A stretch of DNA of 64,000 bases from Candidatus Latescibacterota bacterium (lineage in GTDB: Bacteria; Latescibacterota; UBA2968; UBA8231). The DNA is taken from contig CBDAOB010000003.1 of the NCBI GenBank assembly GCA_965197905.1, forward strand, positions 288,001 through 352,000. The letters run 5' to 3'. The position numbers and the translations under genes are program-made. The notes under the pieces were generated by a model, which was not told the DNA's origin, made no database searches, and was given only the letters and a program-made list of their open reading frames with translations. Of the stretch, positions 62,556 to 64,000 are shown in pieces (position 1 is the stretch's first letter; each line of letters opens with the position of its first letter).

Positions 62556-62620
62556 TAACGTTCTCGCCGTGCCCGAACCGCGAAGCGGTTGCGCGAAGGG
62601 CGAGCCCCGAATCGCTAACA
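62556..62620 (-). repeat. attC-like site (family A, right part degenerate)
   Basis: taacgttctcgccgtgcccgaaccgcgaagcggttgcgcgaagggcgagccc. Confidence 0.75.
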
Positions 62621-62658
62621 ATAAGCGAGTTGCGGACTAACTGAATCCGGGTCAGGGA

Positions 62659-64000
62659 TCAGATGCCTGAGTCGTCGAGTCCCGCTTTCTCGAGCATGGC
62701 GCGCACTTCCTCGACCGACTTTCCCGTCAGCGGTATGTCCCACCCCAAATTGTCGCCATTGGGTGTGAACCCTCCTCCATCCACGTCGACCCAGATCGGG
62801 TTGGTGTACGCCAGGGGATTCATCTTCGCCTGCCAGCTGCTGCCGTATCCGGTCGAGAGATCGTGGTTCTCTCCGGTGACCACAACGATGAGATGACTGT
62901 CCTGGCTCAACGACACGTAGATCGTCTGATTGAATTTCTCGATCCCGTCGCCAAACCACTCCGCATGCGATTCTCTGGTGAAGTTCAGATCGGTTCGCTG
63001 TCGGCCGTTCACCAGAATCTGCACCCGGTCGATATCGATCCAGTCGGTGCTCTGCACTCTGATGCGGAGCGGTATGGATCCTTGGGCCCTTGCGCTCCCG
63101 CCGGGTAACGTACCGTCACCGGCTTCCACGCTCAGGAACGGTCCGTTGGTCACGAACACCCGACCCGCCTTGGCGTTGAGCACGATCTCCTCCCATTCGA
63201 TCTCGGCCGGCCGGTCGGTGCTGCTGGCTACGTAGGACCGCCAGCCACCGACCCCGTTTCCATGTACGGAGTGGGCGTCCGATACCGCGATCAACGTGTA
63301 GCGATGGCCGCAATTGAGCATCTGCAGCCAGATGAATTCGCGATAATTCCCAACCCTCTCCTCGTCTCTTCGCTCGTAGATGCGCCACGGCGAACGGGCA
63401 AGAATTCGTTGTCCCCATGCCTCGATGCCATCGATCAGGAAGGCTAGCCCCTTGTATCCGCCGTCTTGGCGACCGTCACCATCTCGATCGACGAAATCGA
63501 GCGACATGTTCGGGTGATTCAGGTGGACCCATCGCTCCGGCATGCGGTCGTTCCACGGCCGTTGAAAGTCGCGCAGCACGATCGCATTGATGCGCGGATC
63601 GACCTGCCATTCTGGCCCTCCGCCGTCCTGGACATACGGGTCGGGTTCGTACGGAAAGGCGTTGAAGTGAGCGCCTGAGCCGGTGAGCTCGATTCCCGGA
63701 ATCGTAGCCAGCTCTTCCGACAGCCCAAGCTCATCTATGAACGGCTGCCAGTCGTAGAGCCGGTTGTGCTCGGTCGTCGGGGCAAACTCGATATGCTCTG
63801 CCGCCAGGTTGATCACCCGATCTCGGGAACTGGTCACGTTGTCGCCACTAGGTGTGGAGTGGTTGTGAAAGTCGGTGCTGACCCAACCCGGTGTGTTGAC
63901 CAACCGGCGCAGCTTGCCCTTCACCCGCTCGGTTCGGCCCGGCCGCAGATGAATCTCGGCGGCGATATGGCTGAATTCAATTCCATGAGTCACTACCACG
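62659..64000 (-). CDS. CehA/McbA-like PHP-domain metallohydrolase, C-terminal part (runs off the right edge)
   Basis: DFHNHS.PSGD, TEHN, GIELT..HFNAFP, NHP, SDAH, VTNGP, TNPIWVD. Confidence 0.85.
   Translation of the reverse strand, partial: VVVTHGIEFSHIAAEIHLRPGRTERVKGKLRRLVNTPGWVSTDFHNHSTPSGDNVTSSRDRVINLAAEHIEFAPTTEHNRLYDWQPFIDELGLSEELATIPGIELTGSGAHFNAFPYEPDPYVQDGGGPEWQVDPRINAIVLRDFQRPWNDRMPERWVHLNHPNMSLDFVDRDGDGRQDGGYKGLAFLIDGIEAWGQRILARSPWRIYERRDEERVGNYREFIWLQMLNCGHRYTLIAVSDAHSVHGNGVGGWRSYVASSTDRPAEIEWEEIVLNAKAGRVFVTNGPFLSVEAGDGTLPGGSARAQGSIPLRIRVQSTDWIDIDRVQILVNGRQRTDLNFTRESHAEWFGDGIEKFNQTIYVSLSQDSHLIVVVTGENHDLSTGYGSSWQAKMNPLAYTNPIWVDVDGGGFTPNGDNLGWDIPLTGKSVEEVRAMLEKAGLDDSGI

Noticed and set aside
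1412..62620. Repeats as a CRISPR array
   Set aside because: The repeats are long and variable, are separated by whole genes, and no cas genes are present.
1412..62620. Repeats as simple rho-independent terminators or REP elements
   Set aside because: No U-tracts. They have oriented AAC/GTT ends and cassette-specific paired flanks, which fit recombination sites better.
1..64000. Integron integrase, attI, tRNA or rRNA genes
   Set aside because: No tyrosine-recombinase motifs or RNA gene signatures were recognised in the window.

Overview
This window (moderately GC-rich, bacterial) is dominated by a large, partly decayed integron-like gene-cassette array read on the minus strand, in two blocks at about 0.5-33.5 kb and 49.6-64 kb. 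About 35 degenerate attC-like palindromes separate single small genes (GNAT, NUDIX, VOC, ankyrin, PhyH, DoxX, HigBA and others). No integrase is visible in the window. Two features stand out. (i) Many cassettes carry their own 14-16 bp terminal inverted repeat that extends well beyond the 7-bp attC core, co-varies from cassette to cassette and keeps a G-T wobble at position 11. (ii) Two different ORF-less group II introns (12408-13156 and 60603-61429) sit inside attC-like sites in the same orientation as the cassette genes, each with an EBS1 loop complementary to its own target. A third, RT-encoding group II intron splits an IS256 transposase in frame, and that IS has itself cut an attC-like site. 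The middle of the window (about 33.6-48.8 kb) is an accessory, IS-rich stretch with IS630, IS5 and IS256 remnants, defence-like genes and a possible RNA-switch leader. Frameshifts and internal deletions are pervasive. All product calls come from motif recognition by eye; no database search was run.
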